From Candidatus Limnocylindrales bacterium (GTDB taxonomy: Bacteria; Chloroflexota; Limnocylindria; Limnocylindrales; CSP1-4), in contig DASSHB010000072.1 of the NCBI GenBank assembly GCA_035693125.1, forward strand, positions 37,922 through 101,921: a stretch of DNA of 64,000 nt. Direction: 5' to 3'. Under the pieces are notes generated by a model. It did not search any database and was not told the DNA's origin. It was given only the letters and a program-made list of their open reading frames with translations. This document shows, in pieces, positions 17,748 through 26,245 of this stretch (position 1 is its first letter; each line of letters starts with the position of its first letter). A program made the position numbers and the translations under genes.

Positions 17748-19052
17748 GTGAACGCCCAGCGGTCCGCGGCCCCCGCCCTCGGCCCGGCCGATCCGCCCCT
17801 TCGCCGCAACCGCGATTTCCGGACGCTCCTCGTCAGCCAGTCGGTCTCGGCGGGCGGGGACGCGGTCAGCTCGACGGCGCTGCCACTGCTCGTCCTCGCC
17901 CTGACCGGATCCGGTCTCGCGATGGGGATCGTCGGCGCCGTGACGACCGGCGCTGACTTCCTGATGGGAACCGTGGCCGGCGCGTTCGCCGATCGCGGCG
18001 ACCGGAAGCAGATGATGTTCCTGGCCGACGTCGGGCGGGCTGCCCTCACGGCGCTCATCCCGCTGAGCGATGCCCTCCACGGGCCGACGATGGCCGTGAT
18101 CATCCTCGTCTCGGCGCCCCTCGCGGTCCTTCGCGGGTTCTTCCGCGCCGGCTACCTGGCGGCGATGCCGAACCTCGTGGGCCGATCGCAGCTCGCCCGC
18201 GGCAACGGGATCCTCGAGAGCGCCTATTCCGCGTCGTTCATCGCGGGTCCCGCGATCGCCGCCCTCCTCGTCACCGCCATCGGACCGGGGCCCACCCTGG
18301 CCCTGGACGCCGCGTCCTTCGCCCTGTCGGCGGCGGGTCTGTTCCTGATCCGGCGCGAGCTGAAGGCGCCGCCGGACCGGCCGCGCACCCGGATCGTCGA
18401 CGACATCCGCGAAGGCGTCGAGTACGTCGCCGGCCATCCGATCCTGCGGACGATGATCCTCCTCTTCGCCTTCACGACCACGGCGCTCGTGTCCGTGGGC
18501 GCGGCGATGACGTTCCGCCTGGTCCGCGACCTGGGGGAGGGCCCGGGCGCGTTCGGGCTGACGCTGTCGGGGCTGGGCGTGGGCACGTTGATCGGCGCCC
18601 TCGTCGCCTCACGGCTCGGTCCGCGGACGAACGTCGCGCGGTTCATGGTGGGCTGTCTGCTGACGATGGGCCTCCCCCTGGTCGCAGCGGCGGCCATCTC
18701 GTCGCTGCCGGCGATCGTGATCCTGACCGGCGTCTCGGGTGCCGGCGAGGCCGCGCTCGTCGTCGTCTACGTCAGCGTTCGTGCGGCGAGCTCGCCGGAC
18801 GCGCTCGTGGGTCGGATCGCGAGCACCGCGCGGACGATCAGCCTGGGCCTCAGCCCGATCGGCAGCCTGATCGGCGGGATCCTGATCGACACGGTCGGCG
18901 GCACGCTGACCGTCGCGATCATGGGCGCGACGCTGTGCGCGGTGGGCCTGGCGTTCAGCCGGGTCGACACGTTGCGCCATGCCTCGCTGTCGCCGGATGG
19001 CGGTCACCGCTCGGGCGCCGTCCTGCCGGCCACCGAGGGCCTCGAGCCGTGA
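17748..19052 (+). CDS. MFS transporter
   Basis: 434 aa, 12 hydrophobic segments, motif GAFADRGDRKQMM. Confidence 0.8.
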   Translation: MNAQRSAAPALGPADPPLRRNRDFRTLLVSQSVSAGGDAVSSTALPLLVLALTGSGLAMGIVGAVTTGADFLMGTVAGAFADRGDRKQMMFLADVGRAALTALIPLSDALHGPTMAVIILVSAPLAVLRGFFRAGYLAAMPNLVGRSQLARGNGILESAYSASFIAGPAIAALLVTAIGPGPTLALDAASFALSAAGLFLIRRELKAPPDRPRTRIVDDIREGVEYVAGHPILRTMILLFAFTTTALVSVGAAMTFRLVRDLGEGPGAFGLTLSGLGVGTLIGALVASRLGPRTNVARFMVGCLLTMGLPLVAAAAISSLPAIVILTGVSGAGEAALVVVYVSVRAASSPDALVGRIASTARTISLGLSPIGSLIGGILIDTVGGTLTVAIMGATLCAVGLAFSRVDTLRHASLSPDGGHRSGAVLPATEGLEP

Positions 19053-19075
19053 CCGGGCCTTGGGGGTTCCGTCGG

Positions 19076-19879
19076 TCAGGGAACGAGGATCGACGCCGGG
19101 AGCGAGCTGCCCGCGACCCGGTCGAGATCGACCCGGCCGGGGATCCCCGGGACCGCGCCGTGACTCGTGTGCTGCCACACCGCCCAGCCCGCATCGTGCC
19201 AGTTGCCGCCCGGCACGGCTGGGCCGCCGTCCGGCGTCCAGTGGGCGATCCACAAGGGGTAGCCGTTCTGGGCGAACCAGTCGGTGTTCGCCGTCGCCCG
19301 CAACCAGAACACGGGCGACGCGTAGATCAGGGGGCGCACGCCCGTGGCCTCGGTCACGGTCTCGAGCCAGGTCCTTGCCCAGCTGATCAGCTCGACCGGG
19401 TCCAGGCCGTTCGCGCGCTCGAGATCGAGGACCGGACGGAGGTCGCCGGAGAGGATCGTGGCATGGGCGAGGAACCAGCGTGCTTCGCGCTGGGCATCGT
19501 CCTGGGACCGGTTGGGGTTGGCGAAATGGTAGGACCCCACGACCAGCCCCGCGCCGCGCGCGGCGGCCACGTTCGTCCCGTAGGCGCGGTCCGCGGTCAG
19601 CGTCCCGGCGCTCGCCCGGATGAAGGCGAACTGCTTGCCGGCGGCGGCCACGCGAGCCCAGTCGATCCTCTTCTGGTGGTCGCTGACGTCGAGCCCGTCG
19701 ACGACCGGGGTCGGGGCGGCGCTCGTCGCGGCCGCGGGCCCGGACGCGCTGGCCGGCGCGGGCGCGCGGGATGGGTCGGCGACGGCCGATGGCGCGGCGA
19801 TCGGTGAAGCCGCCGCGAGGATGAGCCCGAGCAGGCAGGGGGCGGCGAAGGCGGCGACCGCACGCTGCATCGAGCGCAA
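19076..19879 (-). CDS. secreted GH25 muramidase (lysozyme)
   Basis: Signal peptide MRSMQRAVAAFAAPCLLGLILAAA. GH25 motifs are GLDVSDHQKRIDW, FAFIRAS and VGSYHFANP. Confidence 0.85.
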   Translation of the reverse strand: MRSMQRAVAAFAAPCLLGLILAAASPIAAPSAVADPSRAPAPASASGPAAATSAAPTPVVDGLDVSDHQKRIDWARVAAAGKQFAFIRASAGTLTADRAYGTNVAAARGAGLVVGSYHFANPNRSQDDAQREARWFLAHATILSGDLRPVLDLERANGLDPVELISWARTWLETVTEATGVRPLIYASPVFWLRATANTDWFAQNGYPLWIAHWTPDGGPAVPGGNWHDAGWAVWQHTSHGAVPGIPGRVDLDRVAGSSLPASILVP

Positions 19880-19932
19880 TCCTTCCCGCCATCGCGACCC
19901 GCGTCAAACCCGAGCGGCCGGGGTGCCTGACC

Positions 19933-20907
19933 ATGACGGCGGATGTCACCATCGCCGCTGAGGATCGACCGATGGACGTTCTCGACTGGCTTCTCGACGC
20001 CGACCCCGCGATCCGCTGGCAGGCCCTGCGCGACCTGACCGATGCGCCTCCGGAGGAGGTCGCGGCCGAGCGTGCGCGCGTGGCGACCGAGGGCTGGGGC
20101 GCCCAGCTGCTCGCGCTCCAGGCGGCGGACGGGCGCTGGGGTGGTCGGCCGTGGTCGCAGGACTACACCGACACGTTCCACGCCCTCGAGCTCCTGCGCC
20201 AGTTCGGGCTCGATCCGGCCAGCGCGGAGGCCCGCCGAGCGATCGGCCTGGTCGTGGAGCACGTCGTCTGGCGCGGCGGTGCCCCGGGCGAGACGCCGTG
20301 GGCCGACAACCGCTTCTTCGACGGCGAGGTGGAGCCCTGCATCAACGGCAACGTCGTCGCGAGTGGCGCGTCCTTCGGCGTCGACATGACCCCGCTCGTG
20401 GAGCGACTGCTGGGGGAGCAGCTGCCCGATGGCGGCTGGAACTGCGAGGTCGAGAACGGCGCGACCGTGTCGTCGTTCGGGACGACGATCAACGTGCTGG
20501 AGGGCCTCCTCGCCTACGAGCGGGCGGGCGGCGGCGGCGCAACGGCGGACGCCGCCAGGACCGCCCGTCTGGGCGGCGAGGCGTACCTGCTCGAGCGCCG
20601 GCTCCTGCGCCGGAAGTCGACCGGCGAGCTCATCGACCCGGACTGGCTGCGGTTCGCGTTCCCGACCTGGTGGCACTACGACGTGCTGCGCGGACTCGAC
20701 GAGCTCCGGGAGTCCGGGGCGGCATTCGACGACCGGAGTGCCGAAGCGATCGCGGTGGTCGAGCAGAACCGGGCCGCGGATGGGCGCTGGCCGCTCCAGC
20801 GGGTCTATCTGGGCGCGATGCCCATCCAGATGGAGGCAGAGGGCGAGCCCAGCCGCTGGATCACGCTCCGCGCCCGGCGCGTCCTCGATTGGGCCGGGGG
20901 CGCCTGA
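19933..20907 (+). CDS. prenyltransferase/squalene-cyclase-like alpha/alpha-toroid repeat protein
   Basis: 324 aa with repeated DG(R/G)W motifs (QAADGRWGG, LPDGGWNCE, AADGRWPL). The start may be Met14 at 19972. Confidence 0.55.
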   Translation: MTADVTIAAEDRPMDVLDWLLDADPAIRWQALRDLTDAPPEEVAAERARVATEGWGAQLLALQAADGRWGGRPWSQDYTDTFHALELLRQFGLDPASAEARRAIGLVVEHVVWRGGAPGETPWADNRFFDGEVEPCINGNVVASGASFGVDMTPLVERLLGEQLPDGGWNCEVENGATVSSFGTTINVLEGLLAYERAGGGGATADAARTARLGGEAYLLERRLLRRKSTGELIDPDWLRFAFPTWWHYDVLRGLDELRESGAAFDDRSAEAIAVVEQNRAADGRWPLQRVYLGAMPIQMEAEGEPSRWITLRARRVLDWAGGA

Positions 20908-20991
20908 CTCGAGGCGACCGAACGAACGTACCAGCCGCGGGCGAAGCCTTCGTCACAGACAACGGCGTCAGCGCGGCCTAGGCTGCGGGCC

Positions 20992-21357
20992 ATGCCCCGT
21001 GGCTTTCGACGGTTGCCCTTCCTCGGCCGACGCGCCGCTCGGCGCGGCGCCGACGCGGGCGATCCGCAGTCCGTCGCCGCATTGCCGCTCGACCCGGATG
21101 CCGCACCGCTCGCCATGCCCGTCCTGATGCCGGCGGCGATCTTCCGGCAGGTCCTCGTCGACTCGACCGAGATGACGCCGGTCTGGGCGAGGCCGCGCAC
21201 GACGCCGGCGGCGCCGGTCCCGGCCGCGCCAACGGAGGCGAAGCCGGTCAAACGGACGCGGCGGGTCAAATCGGAGGCGCCCGGCGCCGCGCCGCCGCCG
21301 AAGCGGGCCGCGACGCCCCGGCGCCAGACGACCCGGAAGCGACCACCCGCCGCCTGA
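20992..21357 (+). CDS. hypothetical protein with basic Pro/Ala/Lys/Arg-rich tail
   Basis: 121 aa. Most third positions are G/C in this frame. No recognisable domain. Confidence 0.4.
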   Translation: MPRGFRRLPFLGRRAARRGADAGDPQSVAALPLDPDAAPLAMPVLMPAAIFRQVLVDSTEMTPVWARPRTTPAAPVPAAPTEAKPVKRTRRVKSEAPGAAPPPKRAATPRRQTTRKRPPAA

Positions 21358-21375
21358 GCGTGCGTCCCGGGCGCG

Positions 21376-22263
21376 TCAGCAGCTGTACGGGTGCGGCGTC
21401 GGGTGCGAGGCGGCGTACGTCGTCTTGAGCGTCGAGATCCGGTAGCCCTCGACGATCAGCTTGGGATACGTGGTGTTCGGCCCGGTCGACGTCTGCAGCC
21501 AGAGCCGGGACGTTGCGAGGGTCCGGACGCCGGTCATCGGCTTCGACGTCACCCGGACCTTGTTGATTCGGTAGCTGATCACGTAGCTGTCGCTCGTGTA
21601 GACCTTGACCGTCTTGCCGATCAGGCTGGCCCCGCGATCCACCTTCCAGCGGGTCAGGAGCGGGAGGAACATCCCGCGCCGAGCGTGGGCGTACAGGAAC
21701 GTGATCCCGGGCTCGCGCGGCTGGGCGACCTCGGGCAGGTACATCGCGACGCCGCACTTCGGGTAGCTCGACGTCCCGCGGATCACCGGCAGGTTGATCC
21801 CGACGCTCGACACGGTGACGCGGGTCGCATGGGGGAACGTGAACGGCCCGCACCGGTTGGACGTGCCACTGACGAGGCGCACGACGAAGCTGGGACTCCG
21901 GGCCGCCGTCCAGATGTAGTGCATCTGCATGTCGAGGAGCGGATTCGTCCGGGCCACGGTGCCCGTCGTCGAGGTCCGAACCGACGTCGGACGGGCGACG
22001 ATCGTGCCGAGCTTCGAGCAGGTGCCCTTCCGGATCGAGACGCTGTACGTGGCGTTCGCTCGCAGGCCCTTCAGCGCGTAGCTGATCGAGCCGGAGCCGT
22101 CGGTGTAGGCCCGCATCCGGATCGCGCCGTTCGTGCCGCTGGAGCCCATCCGGGCCGTCCACGTCCGCTGGAGGGTGAGCGCCTCGGCGGGGATGGACGC
22201 CGCGGTCAGGAGGACGAGCAGCGCGGTGAGGAGCGCGGCGCCAGCGCGTCGCGTGGTTCGCAT
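21376..22263 (-). CDS. secreted sortase-fold protein with Ser at the catalytic Cys position, plus unassigned N-terminal domain
   Basis: Start at Met24 of the track ORF (MRTTRRAGAALLTALLVLLTAASIPAEA signal peptide). The C-terminal half follows the sortase pattern: INLPVIRG, EPGITFLYAHARRGMFLPLL, GKTVKVYTSDSYVISYRINKV, RLWLQTSTG (TLxTC-equivalent reads TS), KLIVEGY. Confidence 0.6.
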   Translation of the reverse strand: MRTTRRAGAALLTALLVLLTAASIPAEALTLQRTWTARMGSSGTNGAIRMRAYTDGSGSISYALKGLRANATYSVSIRKGTCSKLGTIVARPTSVRTSTTGTVARTNPLLDMQMHYIWTAARSPSFVVRLVSGTSNRCGPFTFPHATRVTVSSVGINLPVIRGTSSYPKCGVAMYLPEVAQPREPGITFLYAHARRGMFLPLLTRWKVDRGASLIGKTVKVYTSDSYVISYRINKVRVTSKPMTGVRTLATSRLWLQTSTGPNTTYPKLIVEGYRISTLKTTYAASHPTPHPYSC

Positions 22264-22399
22264 GGATGGGGCCCCCGATGGTCCTGGTCCCGGGCAGTAC
22301 GTTCGTCCGGAGGTCGCGAGGGTAGGACCCACCGGCCCGATCCGGCAAGGGGCTCCCCGGTTCGGCGGTGACGACCGGCAACGAGCCGCAAGCGCGCCC

Positions 22400-23317
22400 T
22401 CAGGGGGCGAGCCGGCTCAGATCCAGGCGCCTGAGCCGGTCCGGGTCGGCGAGGATGTCGAGCTCGCGGATCCGGCCGCCCACGACGGTCGCCGCGATCA
22501 CCGCGAACGGCTCGCCGTCCGGCGTCCAGACCACGCCGCCCGGGACGCCGTTGACGAGTGCCTGCGTCGAGCGCTCGGCGAGCCGCCGGTACGTGAATGC
22601 CTGGCGGCCCACCGCATCGGGGCCGCGGAGCGCGGCGTCGAGATGTGGCCGGGCCGGGCCGCCGTCCGAGCGGAGGCGGACGTCGGGATCGAGGAGCTCG
22701 ATCAGCTGCTCGAAGGATCCGGTCCGAGACGCCGCGAGGAACGCCTCGACGACGGCCCACTGGCCATCCAGGCCGACGTCCGGCTTGGGTGCGCCCTGGA
22801 TCCGACGCCGGCCCCGGCTCGCCAGCTGGCGCGTTGCCGCCGGGGTCCGTCCCACGATCGGGGCGATCGTCTCGAACGGGATCGCAAACGCATCATGGAG
22901 GACGAATGCGACCCGCTCCGCGGGGGAGAGGGTGTCGAGGACGGCCAGGAGCGCCAGGCCGAGGTCCGCCCCGAGGAGCGCCTCGTGCTCGGGATCGACG
23001 CCGTCTGCCCGATCGACGACCGGGTCCGGCACGTGTCCCTCGAGCGCCGCGTCGAGCGAGGACTCGCGACGCGTCCCCCGCGAACGCAGCAGATTCAGGG
23101 CGACCCGGGCGACGACCGTGGTCAGCCAGCCGCGCAGATTCTCGATCTCGCCGGCGTCGGTCCGGCTCAGGCGGAGCCATGCCTCCTGGACGGCGTCATC
23201 GGCCTCGCTGAACGAGCCGAGCATCCGGTACGCGACCGCTCGGAGATGGCCGCGGTGGGCCTCGAATCGAGTGGCCAGCGTCTCCTGTGTCTCGATCACG
23301 GCATCGGTTCCTGTCAC
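22400..23317 (-). CDS. ECF sigma factor, SigJ/ECF41-like, with fused C-terminal SnoaL-like domain
   Basis: 305 aa, GTG start. Region 2 is EADDAVQEAWLRL and region 4 is LSPAERVAFVLHDAFAIPFETIAPIVGRTPAATRQLASRGRRR. A NTF2/SnoaL-like extension of about 110 aa follows. Confidence 0.85.
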   Translation of the reverse strand: MTGTDAVIETQETLATRFEAHRGHLRAVAYRMLGSFSEADDAVQEAWLRLSRTDAGEIENLRGWLTTVVARVALNLLRSRGTRRESSLDAALEGHVPDPVVDRADGVDPEHEALLGADLGLALLAVLDTLSPAERVAFVLHDAFAIPFETIAPIVGRTPAATRQLASRGRRRIQGAPKPDVGLDGQWAVVEAFLAASRTGSFEQLIELLDPDVRLRSDGGPARPHLDAALRGPDAVGRQAFTYRRLAERSTQALVNGVPGGVVWTPDGEPFAVIAATVVGGRIRELDILADPDRLRRLDLSRLAP

Positions 23318-23338
23318 ATCGGCTCGGCGGGGCGGGTC
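23312..23338 (+). promoter_or_regulatory. candidate ECF41-type promoter facing 23377..23832
   Basis: TGTCACA (23312..23318), then 16 nt, then GGTC (23335..23338). As I recall, the published ECF41 target motif is TGTCACA-N16-CGTC. GGAAGGA RBS lies before ATG 23377. Confidence 0.4.
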
Positions 23339-23348
23339 CCCAGGACGA

Positions 23349-23375
23349 GACCCCCGATCACGGAAGGATGTGACC
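23349..23375 (-). promoter_or_regulatory. candidate mirror-image ECF41-type promoter facing the sigma gene
   Basis: On the minus strand: GGTCACA (23375..23369), then 16 nt, then GGTC (23352..23349). The geometry is identical to the plus-strand copy. The two GTCACATC octamers form an inverted repeat. Confidence 0.35.
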
Positions 23376-23376
23376 G

Positions 23377-23832
23377 ATGACGCAAACCCTGCACCCGCCG
23401 CGCGGCATCAACCTATTCAATTCGGTTGCCAAACCGCTCCTCGCGGCCGGAATGCCGATGGGCTTCAACGGCCTGCTCACCGTTCGCGGCCGGAAGAGCG
23501 GCGTCCCGCGCACCACCGCTCTCGCGGTGATCGAGGCGGGTGGTCGGCGCTGGGTCTGGTCGCCGTGGGGCGAGGTCCAGTGGGTTCGCAACCTGCGGGC
23601 CGCCGGTCGGGCCACGGTGACGGTTCGTCGCCAGGAGTCCTCCGTCCGCGCCATCGAGCTCGATCCGGAGCAGCGGATCGGGTTCTTCCGCGACACGCTG
23701 GCGCCCTTGGCCCACGGCATGCGCGGCGGCGCCTGGTTCATCCGGACGTTCGACGGCGTCGACGTCGACGATCCCGTGAAGGCGGCCGAGGGTCGCGCGG
23801 TGTTCGAGCTGGTGCCCGCCGCGGGCGTCTGA
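23377..23832 (+). CDS. nitroreductase/quinone reductase family protein (deazaflavin F420-dependent type)
   Basis: 151 aa: LLTVRGRKSGVPRTTALAVIEAGGRRWVWSPWGEVQWVRNLRAAGRATV is typical of the Ddn-like split beta-barrel family. Confidence 0.75.
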   Translation: MTQTLHPPRGINLFNSVAKPLLAAGMPMGFNGLLTVRGRKSGVPRTTALAVIEAGGRRWVWSPWGEVQWVRNLRAAGRATVTVRRQESSVRAIELDPEQRIGFFRDTLAPLAHGMRGGAWFIRTFDGVDVDDPVKAAEGRAVFELVPAAGV

Positions 23833-24473
23833 GCGAGGCGGCTGGCGGCCGTCCGGGCACCGGTCTGCGCCTCGCGCTCTGGGCCTCGCGGCCCGCCGCC
23901 CGCGCGCCGGCGCCCGCGCACCGGCGTCGGCGCACCGGACAGGACCCGGCCGTGGGCGCACCAGGCCAGGCGTGCTCCCACGGGTCTCGACTCCCGATCC
24001 CCGTGCGTGAGCCACGGGTCGAGTCGTGATTCGCCTGCGTGGCACCGCGCGTTGTGACCCCGCCAGGAGCATCTGGCCCGATCCGCTCCGCGCATCAGGT
24101 CAGACATGCGCCCACGGAATACATGGCACGTTCGCCGCGCGGGCGCCGCACGCATCCGCGCCTTTCCTGTGCTTGGCACGGCCCCAGGTAGTCCGTCCAC
24201 GACTAGTTGGCCGGATTGGCACCGGGGGCGGCGACGAACGAAGCCGCGAGCCGCTGAGAGCCAAGTGCGAGCGGTCCGCCGGCGGCGTGGTCTTGATCAG
24301 CATCGCGGAAGCGCAGATCGATCGGAGCGATCCCGACGACGCGGCCGCGCTCCACGCCACGGCTGCGACGACGAGCCCGGCCGGGCCCGCACAACGATCG
24401 GCGTGCCGTCCCGCCCGGCAGGACGTATGGTGGTCAGCCCGATCCTGAGACCGCCCAGCCCGGGAGGACACCG
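23833..24473. other. 641-bp region without a convincing ORF (largest non-coding gap in the window)
   Basis: All six frames give only short R/P/G-rich ORFs. GC is locally lower around 24100..24220. GGGAGGA RBS lies before ATG 24474. Confidence 0.5.
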
Positions 24474-25871
24474 ATGCTCGAGGCCAGCGCCCGGCTTGCG
24501 CCGGGTCACGTCGATCAGCTCCGCCGCGCTTGCGGCGAGGTGATCCTGCCGGGCGACGCCGGGTACGACGACGCCCGCCGGCTGTGGAACGCGATGCACG
24601 ATCGGCAGCCCGGCGTGATCGTCCGCCCCACGACGGCGACGAAGGTCGCGACGGCCGTCCGGTTCGCGCTCGACCACGATCTGGAGATCGCCGTCCAGTC
24701 GGGCGGCCACAGCGCAGCCGGGCTGCGCGGCGCGGACGGCGGGATCGTGATCGACCTCTCTGCGATGCGCGGCGTCGAGGTCGACCCGGCGACCCGGACC
24801 GCGCGGGCGAACGGCGGCGCGTTCCTCGGCCAGCTCGATGTCGCTGCTCAAGCGCACGGACTCGTCTGCCCGGTCGGAGTCGTGGGTCATACCGGCGTGG
24901 CAGGGCTGACGCTCGGTGGCGGCGTCGGGCGCCTGCAGCGCAACTTCGGGCTGACGATCGATCATCTCGCGGCGGTCGACCTGGTCACCTCGGACGGCCG
25001 GCTCGTCCGGGCCAGCGAGACCGAGGAGCCCGACCTGTTCTGGGGCCTGCGCGGCGCCGGCTGGAACTTCGGGATCGCGACCGGCTTTGAGTTCCGGCTC
25101 GATCCCTTCGGCCCGCTCCTCCACCGCGGCGTCCTGACGTTCCCGGCCACCCAGGTCCGCGAGCTCTGGGACATCTGGCGCGAGTACGCCCGGACCGCTC
25201 CGGACACGGTCGCCACGATCTTCGGGCTGGACCGCGCCGCGCCCGAGTCGGGCTACGCCGACGAGATGGTCGGGAAGCCGATCGTCTTCTTCGCCTGGAA
25301 CCACAGCGGTGCCGCGGATGACGTGGAGCGCGACACGGCGGTGCTCCGGACAGGCCCGGAGCTGCTGACGACGACGGTCGGGAGCGCACCGTACCTCGAC
25401 GTGCAGACGGCCCACGACCTCGCCTTCGCCTGGGGCGGCCGATCGTTCATCCGGAGCCACAACGCCGACGACGTCCGACCGGACGCGCTCGAGGAGATGG
25501 TCGAGCACGTCGCCCACGTGCCCGGCGAGGCGACCTTCTCGATCACGGCGCTCGGCGGCGCGATCGGTCGCGTCCCCGAGGACGCGACGGCCTACGCCGG
25601 CCGCGCCTCGGCGTTCGACCTGAGCGCGGACTCGTCGTGGTCGGACCCGGCGTTGGACGAGGCGAATGCCGAGTGGTGTCGGCGCGCTCTCGCGATCGTC
25701 GAGGCGGATCGAGGGCTCGGGGCCTACGCCAACGGCAACGCCGACTTCGGGCCCGCCGAGAGCCGCCGGATCTGGGGCGACGCGAAGCTCGAGCGCCTGG
25801 CGGCCCTCAAGCGGGCCTGGGATCCGGACAACGTCTTCCACGTCAACCCGAACATCGCGCCGGCGTCCTAG
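24474..25871 (+). CDS. FAD-binding oxidoreductase (FAD_binding_4 / berberine-bridge-enzyme-like)
   Basis: 465 aa: AVQSGGHSAAG, GVVGHTGVAGLTLGGGVG, and a C-terminal BBE-like tail RLAALKRAWDPDNVFHVNPNI. Confidence 0.85.
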   Translation: MLEASARLAPGHVDQLRRACGEVILPGDAGYDDARRLWNAMHDRQPGVIVRPTTATKVATAVRFALDHDLEIAVQSGGHSAAGLRGADGGIVIDLSAMRGVEVDPATRTARANGGAFLGQLDVAAQAHGLVCPVGVVGHTGVAGLTLGGGVGRLQRNFGLTIDHLAAVDLVTSDGRLVRASETEEPDLFWGLRGAGWNFGIATGFEFRLDPFGPLLHRGVLTFPATQVRELWDIWREYARTAPDTVATIFGLDRAAPESGYADEMVGKPIVFFAWNHSGAADDVERDTAVLRTGPELLTTTVGSAPYLDVQTAHDLAFAWGGRSFIRSHNADDVRPDALEEMVEHVAHVPGEATFSITALGGAIGRVPEDATAYAGRASAFDLSADSSWSDPALDEANAEWCRRALAIVEADRGLGAYANGNADFGPAESRRIWGDAKLERLAALKRAWDPDNVFHVNPNIAPAS

Positions 25872-25894
25872 GCCCCGGGGCGGAGGAGATCGCG

Positions 25895-26134
25895 ATGTCG
25901 ACGCTCGAGAGCCTGCTGGAGTCGATGCACCTCGCCGCGGACAGCGACACGGCCCGCTGGATGCGCGACCGGGGGATTGCCCTCGCTGACGAGGAGACGA
26001 TGAGCCAGGCGATCCATGACGTGTACTGCGGGATCGCGGCCGATCACCGCGAGCCGAACGAGAAGGACCACCAGCAGGCGCTGGCGATGATCGCCGCGCT
26101 CCAGAAGCAGGTCGCGAGCCGCCCGCCGGCCTGA
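25895..26134 (+). CDS. small conserved hypothetical protein (His/Cys-containing), paralogue of 4907..5140
   Basis: Internal ATG of track ORF 25637..26134. GGAGGAG lies about 7 nt upstream. It starts 23 nt after the FAD oxidase stop. Sequence: MSTLESLLESMHLAADSDTARWMRDRGIALADEETMSQAIHDVYCGIAADHREPNEKDHQQA... Confidence 0.6.
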   Translation: MSTLESLLESMHLAADSDTARWMRDRGIALADEETMSQAIHDVYCGIAADHREPNEKDHQQALAMIAALQKQVASRPPA

Positions 26135-26151
26135 GCGGCCCGAGCACGGCG

Positions 26152-26181
26152 ACGCCCGTCCCGGAGGATCGGGACGGGCGT
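26152..26181 (+). terminator. stem-loop terminator candidate
   Basis: ACGCCCGTCCCG / GAGGAT / CGGGACGGGCGT: perfect 12-bp stem, 18 nt after the stop at 26134. No U-tract. Confidence 0.55.
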
Positions 26182-26194
26182 GACGCCACTTGGG

Positions 26195-26231
26195 ATCGGG
26201 CGGCCCGGGCGCTCGTGCCGGGCCGCCCGAT
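26195..26231 (-). terminator. stem-loop terminator candidate
   Basis: ATCGGGCGGCCCGG / 9-nt loop / CCGGGCCGCCCGAT: perfect 14-bp stem, 15 nt beyond the stop of the minus-strand gene 26246..28423. Confidence 0.55.
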
Positions 26232-26245
26232 CGCTCACCCCTGGA

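Noticed and set aside
24005-24075. Fragments resembling ZTP (pfl) riboswitch blocks (GGGTCG..CGTGA ... CCGCCAGG)
   Set aside because: The GGGUCGUGAC block is interrupted and the ACCGGG.GGA segment is absent. The 3-prime block differs from CCGCCUGGGC. The nearest downstream gene is about 400 nt away and unrelated to purine or folate metabolism.
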